A stretch of DNA of 64,000 nucleotides from Beijerinckiaceae bacterium (GTDB taxonomy: Bacteria; Pseudomonadota; Alphaproteobacteria; Rhizobiales; Beijerinckiaceae), in contig JALORF010000001.1 in the NCBI GenBank assembly GCA_025459195.1, positions 894-64,893 of the forward strand. The letters run 5' to 3'. Within the stretch, counting starts at the first letter, position 1. Each line of letters begins with the position of its first letter. Positions 10,235 to 20,088 of the stretch are shown one piece after another. The notes beneath the pieces were generated by a model. It saw nothing but the letters and a program-made list of their open reading frames with translations. It had not been told where the DNA came from and did not search any database. Position numbers and translations under genes: made by a program.

Positions 10235-10882
10235 TTGATCGGGCGCGGCTGGGCGTTGATGGATGCCAAGATCGGCGACAACCGTCCGCATCGTCACCTT
10301 GCGGTGCAGATCAGCCTTGGTGTCGATGGCCCGCTGACGGCATACCTTGCCGAACAGACCCTCACCAGTCGCTGCCTGATTATTGCCGCGCGGACGCTGC
10401 ACCGCCTCGCACCGCAAGGGCAGCGCGTTCGCTCGCTTTATGTCGAGCCGTACGGAGCGCTGGCGCGCAACCTCGGCGCGCGGGCGGCGGCAGCGGGCGG
10501 AGCGGTGGCAGATGATACGCTGATGGCGCTGATGATCGGCCACACACCATTGCTGCTGGACGATCTGCGCGCCGATGCGGTGACCATCGACCCGCGGGTG
10601 CTGGTGCAGAATTCCGGTTTGGCGGGATTGGCGTCAAGGCCGTCCAAGAGCCGATTGCGGGCCCTATGCCAGGCCGAGCTGGGTGCATCGCCCTCGCGGC
10701 TGCGCCAATGGCAGCGGCTGCAGGTTGCCATGCGGGCAATGTCACGCGGCGCTGGCATTGCCGAGGCCGCACTCGATGCAGGTTTTGCCGACCAGGCGCA
10801 TTTCACCCGGCTGCTGGTGCGCTGGTTCGGCATCACGCCGGGGCGCGGCCTTGCAGAGCTTGAAATCACGGTCACCGATTGA
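10235..10882 (+). CDS. AraC-family transcriptional regulator
   Basis: C-terminal IAEAALDAGFADQAHFTRLLVRWFGITP helix-turn-helix; N-terminal HRHLAVQ. Confidence 0.85.
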   Translation: MIGRGWALMDAKIGDNRPHRHLAVQISLGVDGPLTAYLAEQTLTSRCLIIAARTLHRLAPQGQRVRSLYVEPYGALARNLGARAAAAGGAVADDTLMALMIGHTPLLLDDLRADAVTIDPRVLVQNSGLAGLASRPSKSRLRALCQAELGASPSRLRQWQRLQVAMRAMSRGAGIAEAALDAGFADQAHFTRLLVRWFGITPGRGLAELEITVTD

Positions 10883-10952
10883 CAGGCGTTTCGTTCAAGA
10901 CCCCGCCACGGAATTTCGCGATTGTCAGCCTTCAGATGTGAGGGCGGCGACG

Positions 10953-11825
10953 ATGCGAATTCCCGACGTTTATCCACTTGAGGGCAGGCGGTTGTTGGCC
11001 ATCCTGTACGCGCCGGCATTCTGGCTGGGCTTCATCGGCGCAGCGCTGGTTTTGCAGCCTGTTGTCGGACCCATCGTCCTGCCGGCGCTTCTTGTGACAG
11101 CGATCGGCGTTTCGTCGCTTGCCGAGCGCCTGCTGCCCTACGAATCCGTCTGGAACCGCAGCCACGGCGACACGCTTCGTGACATTGCCCATGCACTGGT
11201 CAATGAAGGTTCGAAGGTCGTTGCTGTGCTGGCGATCCCGGTCGCCGCAGGACTGTTGCCGTGGCGCAGCCTTTGGCCCGACAGCCTGCCGTTGGCGCTC
11301 CAGTTGCTGCTGGCAATCCTGATGGCAGACGTCGGAATTACGCTCGTGCACTTCGCCAGCCACCGTGTCCGCTGGTTGTGGCGCTTCCATGCCGTTCACC
11401 ATTCGGTTGAGCGCCTGTATGGTTTCAATGGCCTGCTGAAGCATCCGCTGCATCAGGCGCTTGAAACGCTTGCCGGCACGTTGCCGCTGCTGCTTATCGG
11501 GATGCCGATGGACATCGGATGGTTGTTGGGCTTTGCTGTCTCGATCCAGCTGCTGCTTCAGCATTCCAACGTCGATATGGCGATTGGCCCTCTGGCGCGG
11601 ATGTGGGCGGTGGCGCCGGTGCACCGGCTTCATCATGTTGGCTCGGCAATCGCGGGCGATGTCAACTTCGGCCTGTTCACCTGCCTTGTCGATCATCTGC
11701 TCGGGACAGCGCGCCGTGACGGGCCGCGGGTCGGTGCGGGCATGATCGGTATCGAAGCTCGGCCGGATTTCCCGCGCGGCTATCTCGAGCAATTGCTGGA
11801 GCCGTTTCACGCCGATGATCGGTGA
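10953..11825 (+). CDS. Sterol desaturase / fatty-acid hydroxylase family membrane protein
   Basis: His boxes HFASH, FHAVHHS, HSN and HRLHH plus TM helices; ATG at 10953. Confidence 0.85.
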   Translation: MRIPDVYPLEGRRLLAILYAPAFWLGFIGAALVLQPVVGPIVLPALLVTAIGVSSLAERLLPYESVWNRSHGDTLRDIAHALVNEGSKVVAVLAIPVAAGLLPWRSLWPDSLPLALQLLLAILMADVGITLVHFASHRVRWLWRFHAVHHSVERLYGFNGLLKHPLHQALETLAGTLPLLLIGMPMDIGWLLGFAVSIQLLLQHSNVDMAIGPLARMWAVAPVHRLHHVGSAIAGDVNFGLFTCLVDHLLGTARRDGPRVGAGMIGIEARPDFPRGYLEQLLEPFHADDR

Positions 11826-12350
11826 TTTATCGCCCGTTGGCACCAAGTTTACGCCCTATTTGCGACCCGGAAAAGGGGCGAGCGTCGCCTGACGTTGGAC
11901 GGCGCCCATGGCGAACGCGACTTGTTCGGTGGCGAGTTAGACCTTGTTGCCTTCGAATGACGCCTGAACCGATATCCAGGGGCGCATGACATCGGTTGCC
12001 CGGCCTAAGCCCGCATGGAATCGAGGTGGCGTGCCTTGAGGGCGGGTTCGCTGTGTTGGCGATCTTTGGATGAATTTTGTTGCCACGCTGCGCTCGCGTC
12101 ATCAACACCTTGGAATGGATGCCAATTTTCTTTTCGAGAAAGTGCCTACTGCTCATACAGCAGATTGAGCGACGATTGTGCCAGCGCTGCCGGGTTGCAA
12201 CCTGCGTATCATGCGCGGTCCAGCGCCGGCACCAGCAGCCCAATGTCATTGCCGCCCCTGCTGCCTGTGCGGCTCCATTACACCACCACCATGGCCCCGC
12301 CAATGCAACGGCGATCATGTTCCCTGTTGCGCTTCAGAGAGGCGATCGTT

Positions 12351-12375
12351 ATGCGAATGAGAATGAGTCGCAATA
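12351..12375 (+). promoter_or_regulatory. Fur-like iron box upstream of the TonB receptor
   Basis: ATGCGAATGAGAATGAGTCGCAATA: GAATGA hexamer repeats with TGCGA..TCGCA inverted ends, about 17 bp before the ATG. Confidence 0.55.
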
Positions 12376-12391
12376 AAACAGAGGTCAACTG

Positions 12392-14668
12392 ATGTTCTCA
12401 AATATGAACGGCGTTGCTGCTGGTCGGCTATCTTTGATTGGCGCTGCGATGCTCGCCGGCCCGGCCATGGCATCGGACTCTGGCAACGAGGTCGCCCTCA
12501 ACCAAACCCGACCAGATGCCGAGATCATCGTCGTCGGAGATGCCATCCGCGCCGCTCAGATTGCTGGATCGGCGGCGCTGGTCAGCGAGGACGACCTGCG
12601 CCGTTCGCGCGTCTTCACCGTCAATGATGCGCTGCGCCAGGTTGCCGGAGTCTTCCCACGCGATGAGGAAGGTGCCGGGGCGCGCCCCAACATCGGCATC
12701 CGCGGGCTCAGTCCGATCCGCTCTACAAAAGTGCTGCTGCTCGAGGACGGCATCCCATTGAGCTATGCGCCCTATGGCGACAACGCGTCCTATTATCATC
12801 CGCCGATCGAACGCTTCAGCCGGATCGAGGTGCTGAAGGGCGCTTCCCAAGTGCGTTTCGGCCCGCAGACTATCGGCGGGGTGGTCAATTACATCACCCC
12901 CGATGTTCCCGGCAACTTCACCGCGCGTATCACCGGCAGCCTGGGCAACCGCGACACCTATAACCTCGACGGCATGATCGGGGGCCGGCTGATGGGCGGC
13001 GGTGTGCTCCTCCATGTCAACCAGAAGGCGACAGCAGGCAACCGCGACAACCAGAAGCTGCGCTTCACCGATATTTTCCTGAAGGCCGGCTGGGAATTCG
13101 GCCCCGACCATGGCCTGATCATCAAGGTCTCGCGCTTCCGCGAGAACAGCCAGGTCACCTATTCCGGGCTGAATCGCGCTGAGTTCGATGCGGCACCGCG
13201 CAGCAATCTATTCGTAAACGACGACTTTCAGGCCAGCCGCTGGAATGGCACGGTCTCGCATCGCTGGAACCTGTCATCGGCGGCGACTCTGCGTACGACC
13301 GCCTATTATCATTACTATAGCCGCGACTGGTGGCGCCAGTCGTCGAGCAGCGGTCAGCGCCCCAACGACGCCAGCGACCCGGCGTGCGGTGGCATGGCCA
13401 ATCTGCTGACGACCTGTGGCAACGAAGGCCGGCTGCGCAATTACGACACCTGGGGCGTCGAAAGCCGGCTTGCGATCGATCACGCTGCGCGGGGCTTCGG
13501 CGGCGAGACCGAAATCGGCATTCGCTTTCATGAGGAACGCCAACGCCGTCGCCAGTGGAATGGTGACACGCCGACCGCACGCACGCCCGGAACCGGCGTC
13601 AACGCCGGCGTGCGCGAAAACAACGCCCGCGACACTTCGGCGTTTTCAGCCTTTGTCCAGTCGCGGCTGGAATTTGGCCCGGTGGCGATCATCCCGGGGG
13701 TGCGCGGCGAGTTCATCCGCTTCGAGCGCCGCAACCTGCCCGTTGATATCCTCATTGCTGGCCGTCCGATCGGAAGCGTCTCCACGCCAAGCAGCGGTAA
13801 TCAGCGGCTCAACAAGGTGCTGCCGGGGCTTGGGGCAACCTGGACTCTGGCAGACGACGTAACGGTGTATGGCGGCATCCATCGCGGTTTCGCGCCGCCG
13901 CGGGTGGAGGACATCATCACCGCGACCGGTGGCTCGGTTGATCTTGGTGCCGAACTGAGCTGGAACTGGGAAGCCGGGCTGCGCGGCCGGATTTCGAAGG
14001 GCGTGCGCGGTGACGCGACCTTTTTCTTGATGGATTTTTCGAACCAGATTGTGGCGCAATCGGTCGCCGGCGGCATCGGCGCGACATTGACCTCGGCAGG
14101 ACGTACCCTCCATCGCGGGGGCGAACTTTCGTTCACCCTTTCGAGCCGCGACGCCGAATGGACTGCGCCCGACACCAATATCTTCGCCCGGCTCGCTGCT
14201 ACCTGGGTGGCCACGGCGCGCTACAACAGCACCCGCATCGCGACACCACCCTGCTTCGACGGCGCGGCAACGGGCACGCTCGTCGCCACCGGTGCCGGCT
14301 CCGTGCCGTGCGGCATGGCGCGCAATATCGCCGGTAACCGCCTGCCCTACAGCCCGGAATGGCTGGTGACCGGGGCTATCGGCGTGGAACATAAGGGCTT
14401 CACTGGTCAGGTCGAGGTCGTCGGTCAGTCAGCAATGTTCGCCGACGACGTCAACCTCATTCCCGTCACCCCCGACGGACAGCGCGGCCGCATCGGCGGT
14501 TGGGCGCAGGTCAACGCCACCGCCGCCTATGGCCCGCCCGGCGGCCGCTGGGAGGTATTCATTTCAGCCCGCAACCTGTTTGACCGGCTTTTTGTCGTCG
14601 ACCGCGCCCGCGGCGCCTTGCCGGGTCAGCCGCGTTTGATTCAAGGCGGCGTAACCTTCCGCTATTGA
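12392..14668 (+). CDS. TonB-dependent receptor, FecA-like
   Basis: Signal peptide, EIIVVG TonB-box-like segment, plug NIGIRG..LLLEDGIP..RIEVLKG, C-terminal GGVTFRY. Confidence 0.9.
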   Translation: MFSNMNGVAAGRLSLIGAAMLAGPAMASDSGNEVALNQTRPDAEIIVVGDAIRAAQIAGSAALVSEDDLRRSRVFTVNDALRQVAGVFPRDEEGAGARPNIGIRGLSPIRSTKVLLLEDGIPLSYAPYGDNASYYHPPIERFSRIEVLKGASQVRFGPQTIGGVVNYITPDVPGNFTARITGSLGNRDTYNLDGMIGGRLMGGGVLLHVNQKATAGNRDNQKLRFTDIFLKAGWEFGPDHGLIIKVSRFRENSQVTYSGLNRAEFDAAPRSNLFVNDDFQASRWNGTVSHRWNLSSAATLRTTAYYHYYSRDWWRQSSSSGQRPNDASDPACGGMANLLTTCGNEGRLRNYDTWGVESRLAIDHAARGFGGETEIGIRFHEERQRRRQWNGDTPTARTPGTGVNAGVRENNARDTSAFSAFVQSRLEFGPVAIIPGVRGEFIRFERRNLPVDILIAGRPIGSVSTPSSGNQRLNKVLPGLGATWTLADDVTVYGGIHRGFAPPRVEDIITATGGSVDLGAELSWNWEAGLRGRISKGVRGDATFFLMDFSNQIVAQSVAGGIGATLTSAGRTLHRGGELSFTLSSRDAEWTAPDTNIFARLAATWVATARYNSTRIATPPCFDGAATGTLVATGAGSVPCGMARNIAGNRLPYSPEWLVTGAIGVEHKGFTGQVEVVGQSAMFADDVNLIPVTPDGQRGRIGGWAQVNATAAYGPPGGRWEVFISARNLFDRLFVVDRARGALPGQPRLIQGGVTFRY

Positions 14669-14680
14669 TGGTCGGCGCTG

Positions 14681-15118
14681 TCAATGCCGGGCGAATATCG
14701 CAGGTTTGCCCGTGCCAAAGGCCACGACCGTGTAGTGATCGGCGGCCCGCCCCGGCACTTCCATGCCCGGCGAGCCGATTGGCATGCCCGGAACAGCGAG
14801 TCCGGTCACGCCGGCCGGGCGCTGCGCCAGCAGCCGCTTCATATCGGCTATCGGTACATGGCCCTCGAATGCCAGGCCGGCGATGAGCGCGGTGTGGCAC
14901 GATGCAAGTCCGGCGGGCATGCCGATGCGCTTGTGAATGGCGCCGCGATTGGCGTTGTCCACCACAGTCACAGCGCGGCCGAACTGTTTGGCCACCTGCG
15001 CCGCCCAGGCTTCGCAGCAGCCGCAGCCGGGATCACGGTGCATGACGATATCATTGGCAGCCATGGCCGGGGCTGCAACCAGGGCGAGAGCCAGGAGTAG
15101 TTTGTGCATCGCTGTCAT
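14681..15118 (-). CDS. DUF411 / CopG-like periplasmic metal-binding protein
   Basis: Signal peptide, then DPGCGCCEAW, LASCHTA, FEGHVP and GLAVPGMPIGSPGME. Confidence 0.9.
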   Translation of the reverse strand: MTAMHKLLLALALVAAPAMAANDIVMHRDPGCGCCEAWAAQVAKQFGRAVTVVDNANRGAIHKRIGMPAGLASCHTALIAGLAFEGHVPIADMKRLLAQRPAGVTGLAVPGMPIGSPGMEVPGRAADHYTVVAFGTGKPAIFARH

Positions 15119-15846
15119 CCTTTCACTGCAAAACGAACATTTCGCCGTCGCCGGATCGGCCAGCGCATCACCAGCAGCACCGTGCCGGCCAGACCCAGCA
15201 CCAGCCCGCCGATGGCAAAGGTCAACAACCACCACGTGTTGAAGTTATCGCGTTCCGTCCAATCCATGATGTGCAGGCCCCAGAAAAAGTCGAACAGGCG
15301 CCAGTTGGCGGTACGCACTGCGGCGATCTGCCCGGTATTGGCGGCCACGAAGACACTGGTGTGATCGGGATCGGGAAAGGCCACGCGCCACGCCGGCAAC
15401 GGGCCGCGATATTCGGGGCTGGCGGTCGTCACCCTCGACGCGGTCGGCGCGCCGCTGGCGGGGCCGATCCAGGCCTTGCGGACGATGGCCGCAGCCAGAC
15501 CGGCATCGACGGCAGGCAGCCGTGCACCGGTCACGGCATCAAACAGCGTGACGTCGCCGCCGCGGCTCACTTCAACGACGGCGCGGCCGTGCAGCATGCG
15601 CAAGGTGATGCGCTCGGCGCTCTTGCCATTCATGAAGCGCGCTGGATCGGACAGCGTGACACGGGCCGGCAGCAGCTCCACAGCCTTGCGATCGACCAGA
15701 TGATCGCCGTGGATTTCTTCGATTGGCCAGAAGCTCATCAGCGCGCCGCTGGCAAACCAGATCAGCAACTGCGCGCCGATGATCAGCGCCAACCATTTGT
15801 GCAGCCGGCTGGCGACAAGGTGAAAGCGCTGGCGGCGTGACGGCAA
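15115..15846 (-). CDS. PepSY-associated TM-helix membrane protein
   Basis: LHKWLALIIGAQLLIWFASG and DFFWGLHIMDW; TTG start; coupled to the DUF411 gene. Confidence 0.85.
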   Translation of the reverse strand: MPSRRQRFHLVASRLHKWLALIIGAQLLIWFASGALMSFWPIEEIHGDHLVDRKAVELLPARVTLSDPARFMNGKSAERITLRMLHGRAVVEVSRGGDVTLFDAVTGARLPAVDAGLAAAIVRKAWIGPASGAPTASRVTTASPEYRGPLPAWRVAFPDPDHTSVFVAANTGQIAAVRTANWRLFDFFWGLHIMDWTERDNFNTWWLLTFAIGGLVLGLAGTVLLVMRWPIRRRRNVRFAVKG

Positions 15847-15885
15847 GATCGGCTCCCTGAGCGGAGAATGAGCAGCGGTATGTGC

Positions 15886-17157
15886 CTAGAACCAGGCGCG
15901 AATGCCAGCAACGACATGAAGAAAGCTGGGGCTTTCGCCAGCTGCCCTGGCGAAGCGGGCGCTATCGCCGACCTTGCTGACCCATTCGACGCCAACATAC
16001 GGCGCGAATTCTCGGCGCACTTCATAGCGCAACCGCATCCCCAGCTCGATGTCGGTCACGCCTGCACCACTGCCAAGTTCGGGAATGCGCTGCGCCGAAA
16101 AATTGATCTCGCCGCGCGGCTGCAGGATCAAACGCTGGGTAACGCGTTGATCGTAGAAACCCTCGGCCCGCGCCGTCACTTCGCCTTTGTTCGACAGGAA
16201 GATCGAGCCAACCGTCCGGAACCAGTAGGGTGCCAGGCCTTCGATGCTGGCCACGGCAAAGGTGCGCTGCGGGTTAGGTCGAATATCTTGGCGCACACCG
16301 ACCTGCCAATTCCACCATGGATCAAAGGCCCGCGAATAGAGCGCCTGCACCTCTGCCTTTTCCGTGACGCCGCGGATGTCGCCTTCGCCTTCTGTCCTGA
16401 CGACGAGCCGGTTCACATCGCCACCGAACCAGCCCTCGCCTTCCCAGCGATAGCCATCCGCGCCTTTGCGGGCGACATATTCGGCGATGTTGAACAGGAT
16501 GAAGCTGCTCTGGAAATTGCCATGTTCGTCGCGCAGCTGCTGCCGCGACGGTGCCTGCACAGCGGCTCCCCAAATGGCATCGGCAGCGTGATCGGTTGGT
16601 GGCGATGGGGCCGGGGTCGTACCGATCTCCTCGGCAGGCACCGCAGCCATTCCCTGCATTGCGCCCATATTGTGCCCGGCGTGCGGATCAGCGGCGGGTG
16701 TTGCCGGGGCCGCAGGGGCCATCCCCGGCATCGCGCCCATATTGTGCCCGGCGTGCGGATCAACAGCTGGCGCTGCCGGGGCCGCAGGGACCATTCCCGG
16801 CATTGCGCCCATGTTGTGCCCGGCGTGCGGATCAGCAGTGGATGCTGCCGGGGCCGCAGGGGCCATCCCCGGCATCGCGCCCATGTTGTGCCCGGCGTGC
16901 GGATCAACAGCTGGCGCTGCCGGGGCCGCAGGGGCCATTCCCGGCATCGCGCCCATTTCATGACCGGCGTGCGGGTCGGCCGCCGGCTTGGCTTTGGGCG
17001 CGCCTGCCGGCTTTGGCAGTGGCTTGGGCTTCGCAGCGGCTGGCTTGGGCGCAGCGGGCTTTGCTTGAGGCATGGCCATGCCGGGCATCATGGACGGCTG
17101 CGCTGCGACTTGCGCTGCGAGGCTTGCGGCGAGGGCGACGATCAGAAAGGCCTTCAT
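15886..17157 (-). CDS. copB: Copper resistance outer-membrane protein B
   Basis: Met/His-rich N-terminal region followed by a CopB barrel (WEGEGWFGGDVNRL..EFAPYVGVEW..GIRAWF); 4-bp overlap with the multicopper oxidase. Confidence 0.92.
   Translation of the reverse strand: MKAFLIVALAASLAAQVAAQPSMMPGMAMPQAKPAAPKPAAAKPKPLPKPAGAPKAKPAADPHAGHEMGAMPGMAPAAPAAPAVDPHAGHNMGAMPGMAPAAPAASTADPHAGHNMGAMPGMVPAAPAAPAVDPHAGHNMGAMPGMAPAAPATPAADPHAGHNMGAMQGMAAVPAEEIGTTPAPSPPTDHAADAIWGAAVQAPSRQQLRDEHGNFQSSFILFNIAEYVARKGADGYRWEGEGWFGGDVNRLVVRTEGEGDIRGVTEKAEVQALYSRAFDPWWNWQVGVRQDIRPNPQRTFAVASIEGLAPYWFRTVGSIFLSNKGEVTARAEGFYDQRVTQRLILQPRGEINFSAQRIPELGSGAGVTDIELGMRLRYEVRREFAPYVGVEWVSKVGDSARFARAAGESPSFLHVVAGIRAWF
16650..16980 (-). 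repeat. 72-bp tandem repeat x5 inside copB (DPHAGHNMGAMPGMAPAAPAAPAV)
   Basis: The gcgcccat(a/g)ttgtgcccggcgtgcggatc core recurs at about 16661, 16733, 16805, 16877 and 16949. Confidence 0.95.
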
Positions 17158-18992
17158 GCCGCATCCTCGTCCTTGCGCACGGTCACGACACGGAACATCC
17201 CGGCATGCATGTGCAGCAACATGTGGCAATGGAAAGCCCAGTCACCCAGCGCATCGGCGGTCAGATCGAACGCCACCTTGGCGCCCGGCAGCACATTGAC
17301 GGTATGCTTGACCGGGCGATTGCCCTTTTCACCTGTCACCAGCTCGAAGAAGTGACCGTGGATATGGATCGGGTGCGGCATCATCGTGTCATTGATCAGG
17401 TTGACGCGCACGCGCTCGTTGTAGCGGAAGGCGATCGGATCGGCACCCTCGCTGAACTTCACGCCATCGAACGACCACATGTAACGTTCCATGTTGGCGG
17501 TGAGGTGAATATCAATTTCGCGCGAGGGGTTGCGCGGATCGGGATTGGGATCGAGCGAGCGCAACTGGCTGTAGGTCAGCACCCGGTGCGGTTCGTTCTC
17601 GAGGCCGGTGGGGCGTTCGCCGGTGCGGTCCATCGGCATCGGCGCCAGCGTTGCAACGCCGGGGCCCATCTTGACCTGCGGCGCAACCGAAGGATCGAGC
17701 ATCTTCATCGATCCCATATCGTGACTCATGCCGGCCATGGCGCCGCCGCTCATGTCCATCTTGCTGTGATCCATGCCGGCCATGGGAGCGCCGGCCGGCT
17801 CAGCAGCGGTACTCCCCGCAGGCATCGCCATTCCCGGCATTTTGCTGTGGTCCATGCCAGCCATGGCGCCGCCGCCGCTCATGTCCATCTCGCCCATGCC
17901 CATGTCTTTCATGGTCAGCAGCGGCCGCTTGCGCAGCGCCGGCACCGGGCCGATCATGCCCATGCGCGGCGCCAGCGTGGCCCGCACAAGGCCGGAACGG
18001 TCGATGCCCTCGGCGATAAAGCCATAGGCCTTGTCCTCGGTCGGGCGAACGACGATGTCATAGGTTTCGGCCACGCCGATCTGGAACTCGTCGGTTTCCA
18101 CCGGCTGGACATTGTTACCGTCGGTGCCGACGACAGTCATGGCCAAGCCGGGGATGCGCACGTTGAAATTGGTCATCGCAGCGGCATTGACGATGCGCAG
18201 CCGCACCCGCTCGCCCGGCTTGAACAGGCCGGTCCAGTTTTCATCGGGGCCGTGTCCGTTGACAAGATAGGTGTAGATCGCGCCGGTGGAATCCGAAATG
18301 TCGGTCGGGTCCATGCGCATCTGGCCCCACATCCGCCGTTCGGCCGCCGACTGGTCCTTGCCGGCGAGCAGACCACCCAGTGTCTGCTTCTGGAAATTGA
18401 AGTTGCCGCCGTTCTGCTTCAGCTTCTTGTAAACCGTGTGTGGATGCACGAAGCTCCAGTCGCTGAGCACGATGACATGCTCGCGGTCGAACCCGACGGG
18501 ATCGGCACCGGCCGGATCGATGACGATCGAGCCATAGTGGCCCATCGCTTCCTGAAGGCCCGAATGGCTGTGATACCAATAGGTGCCTGCCTGACGGATC
18601 GGGAACTCGTACACAAACGTCTGACCTGGCTTGATACCCGGAAAGCTGACGCCGGGCACACCATCATATTGAAACGGCAGCAGCAACCCGTGCCAGTGGA
18701 TCGAGGTGTCTTCCGCCAGCGTGTTGGTCACCGACAGCCGGACGTTCTGGCCTTCTTTCAACCGGATGAACGGGCCGGGAACGCTGCCATTGATGGCAAT
18801 GGCGTGGCCGGTGCGGCCGCCGACCGTGAAGGGGGCATGGCCGATACTAAGCCTGATATCCTCGCCCGACAGCACGTCGCTCGCGGCATTGAGGCCAGCG
18901 CTGCCACTGCGCGCCCAAGCCGGCACCGCCAGCGCGCCACTGACAAGTGATGCAGCGCGCAGAAAGCCGCGGCGAGACGTGAGAAGGGTCAT
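17154..18992 (-). CDS. copA: Copper-resistance multicopper oxidase (CopA/PcoA type), Tat-exported
   Basis: SRRGFLR Tat motif; HWHG, WYHSH, HPIHIHGH and HCHMLLH copper motifs; Met-rich insert. Confidence 0.96.
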   Translation of the reverse strand: MTLLTSRRGFLRAASLVSGALAVPAWARSGSAGLNAASDVLSGEDIRLSIGHAPFTVGGRTGHAIAINGSVPGPFIRLKEGQNVRLSVTNTLAEDTSIHWHGLLLPFQYDGVPGVSFPGIKPGQTFVYEFPIRQAGTYWYHSHSGLQEAMGHYGSIVIDPAGADPVGFDREHVIVLSDWSFVHPHTVYKKLKQNGGNFNFQKQTLGGLLAGKDQSAAERRMWGQMRMDPTDISDSTGAIYTYLVNGHGPDENWTGLFKPGERVRLRIVNAAAMTNFNVRIPGLAMTVVGTDGNNVQPVETDEFQIGVAETYDIVVRPTEDKAYGFIAEGIDRSGLVRATLAPRMGMIGPVPALRKRPLLTMKDMGMGEMDMSGGGAMAGMDHSKMPGMAMPAGSTAAEPAGAPMAGMDHSKMDMSGGAMAGMSHDMGSMKMLDPSVAPQVKMGPGVATLAPMPMDRTGERPTGLENEPHRVLTYSQLRSLDPNPDPRNPSREIDIHLTANMERYMWSFDGVKFSEGADPIAFRYNERVRVNLINDTMMPHPIHIHGHFFELVTGEKGNRPVKHTVNVLPGAKVAFDLTADALGDWAFHCHMLLHMHAGMFRVVTVRKDEDAA

Positions 18993-19037
18993 GGTTATTC
19001 CTGAAATTTCAAGATTGGGCAGACGTTACATAGGGTG

Positions 19038-19064
19038 ATACGCAGTCTGCCGAGCCGGCCCTCA
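19038..19064 (-). promoter_or_regulatory. ECF-sigma (CnrH-like) promoter for copA-copB
   Basis: Minus strand TGAGGG-N16-CGTAT; same architecture as the two sites at 20392-20456. Confidence 0.75.
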
Positions 19065-19640
19065 AGATTTGGGCTGCGACACTTCAGCCGTGCCGGCGAG
19101 CGCCTTGCGGGCGCGGTAAACACGCACTTCAACGGCCTTCTCGCTGATCCCCAGCACCGCTGCGGCCTCCGCCTGGGACAGGCCTTCGATGGCAGTCAGG
19201 ATAAGGGGCTCCTTCAGATTGGCCGGCAGTGCTGCAATGGCACGCGTTACCCGGGCGAGAGCGCGGGCATCATCGATGGCTACCTCAGGGGCTACGTCCG
19301 GCTCGGCAATCTCGCTGGCTGCATCCAGCGGCAGTGCAAAGCGCAGCACGCGCCTGACCAGCCGCCGCCGCCCCCAGTCGCGGCATTTGTTGAGTGCGAT
19401 GCGGTTGATCCAGTATCGAAAAGGCCGACCGCGGTCATAGCGCTCGATGGCCGCAAAGGCCGCGACGAAACATTCCTGCACCACATCCAGCGCTTCGTCG
19501 GCGTCGCCGATGTGGCTGCGCACCAGGCGGAACACCGGTTCACGGTGACGCCGCATCAGTTCGCTGAACGCCGCCTGGCGCCCGGCCAGCGCCAGCACAG
19601 CGAGTTCACTGTCAGCGCAGTCGGTGAGCGGCATTGTCAC
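19062..19640 (-). CDS. ECF RNA polymerase sigma factor (CnrH/NccH-like)
   Basis: Region 2 (DEALDVVQECF..YWINRIALNKCRD) and region 4 (GLSQAEAAAVLGISEKAVEVRVYRARK). Confidence 0.9.
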   Translation of the reverse strand: MTMPLTDCADSELAVLALAGRQAAFSELMRRHREPVFRLVRSHIGDADEALDVVQECFVAAFAAIERYDRGRPFRYWINRIALNKCRDWGRRRLVRRVLRFALPLDAASEIAEPDVAPEVAIDDARALARVTRAIAALPANLKEPLILTAIEGLSQAEAAAVLGISEKAVEVRVYRARKALAGTAEVSQPKS

Positions 19641-19647
19641 CGCGGCA

Positions 19648-20088
19648 TCATTCGCTCGGGGCTGTCAGCGCCTTGACTGCCGCTGCATCGAACCGGCGCG
19701 CCTGCTCCGGCCGCAGCACGCTGCGCACCCGGAACACATGCTGCAACGTCTCCTTCTGGAGTTCTCCCATCGCCTGATGTGATCGGTCTACTGCCGCCTG
19801 CACGCCGGGACCGTAGCCGTGCTCGGCGGTAATGGCCCGCGCCAGGCGAGCATTGTCGGCGCGCAATTCTTGCTCAAGCGCCTGCTTGCGCGCGGCAAAC
19901 TGCTGTTCCAGTGCTCCAATCTGCACACGCTGCGCGGCATCGAGTTCAAGTCTCTCATGCAGGATTGCATGTAGCTCAGTCTCGGGCGGTGCCAGCCGGG
20001 TGACCAGCGCACGCCCCGCAAACACACCGCCCACCGCCGCGATAAATGCCACCGCAGCAACGATGGCCAGTCGGCCGACATTGCTCAT
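19648..20088 (-). CDS. Periplasmic heavy-metal sensor (CnrX/NccX-like)
   Basis: One N-terminal TM helix, ELHAILH, then EH..DRSHQAMGELQKETLQHV helical domain; lies between the anti-sigma and sigma genes. Confidence 0.85.
   Translation of the reverse strand: MSNVGRLAIVAAVAFIAAVGGVFAGRALVTRLAPPETELHAILHERLELDAAQRVQIGALEQQFAARKQALEQELRADNARLARAITAEHGYGPGVQAAVDRSHQAMGELQKETLQHVFRVRSVLRPEQARRFDAAAVKALTAPSE

Noticed and set aside
11827-12392. ORFs 12015..12392, 12077..12376 (with HHHH) and 11827..12318 as a leader peptide for the TonB receptor
   Set aside because: No signal segment, no Pro-rich stall motif and no RBS; the frames conflict. May be decayed sequence.
16650-16980. Regular repeat array as a possible CRISPR
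   Set aside because: The 72-bp units are in-frame coding repeats of copB with no unique spacers, and no cas genes are present.
16551-18950. 799-aa and 495-aa plus-strand ORFs (16551..18950, 15868..17355)
   Set aside because: Antisense shadows of copA/copB.
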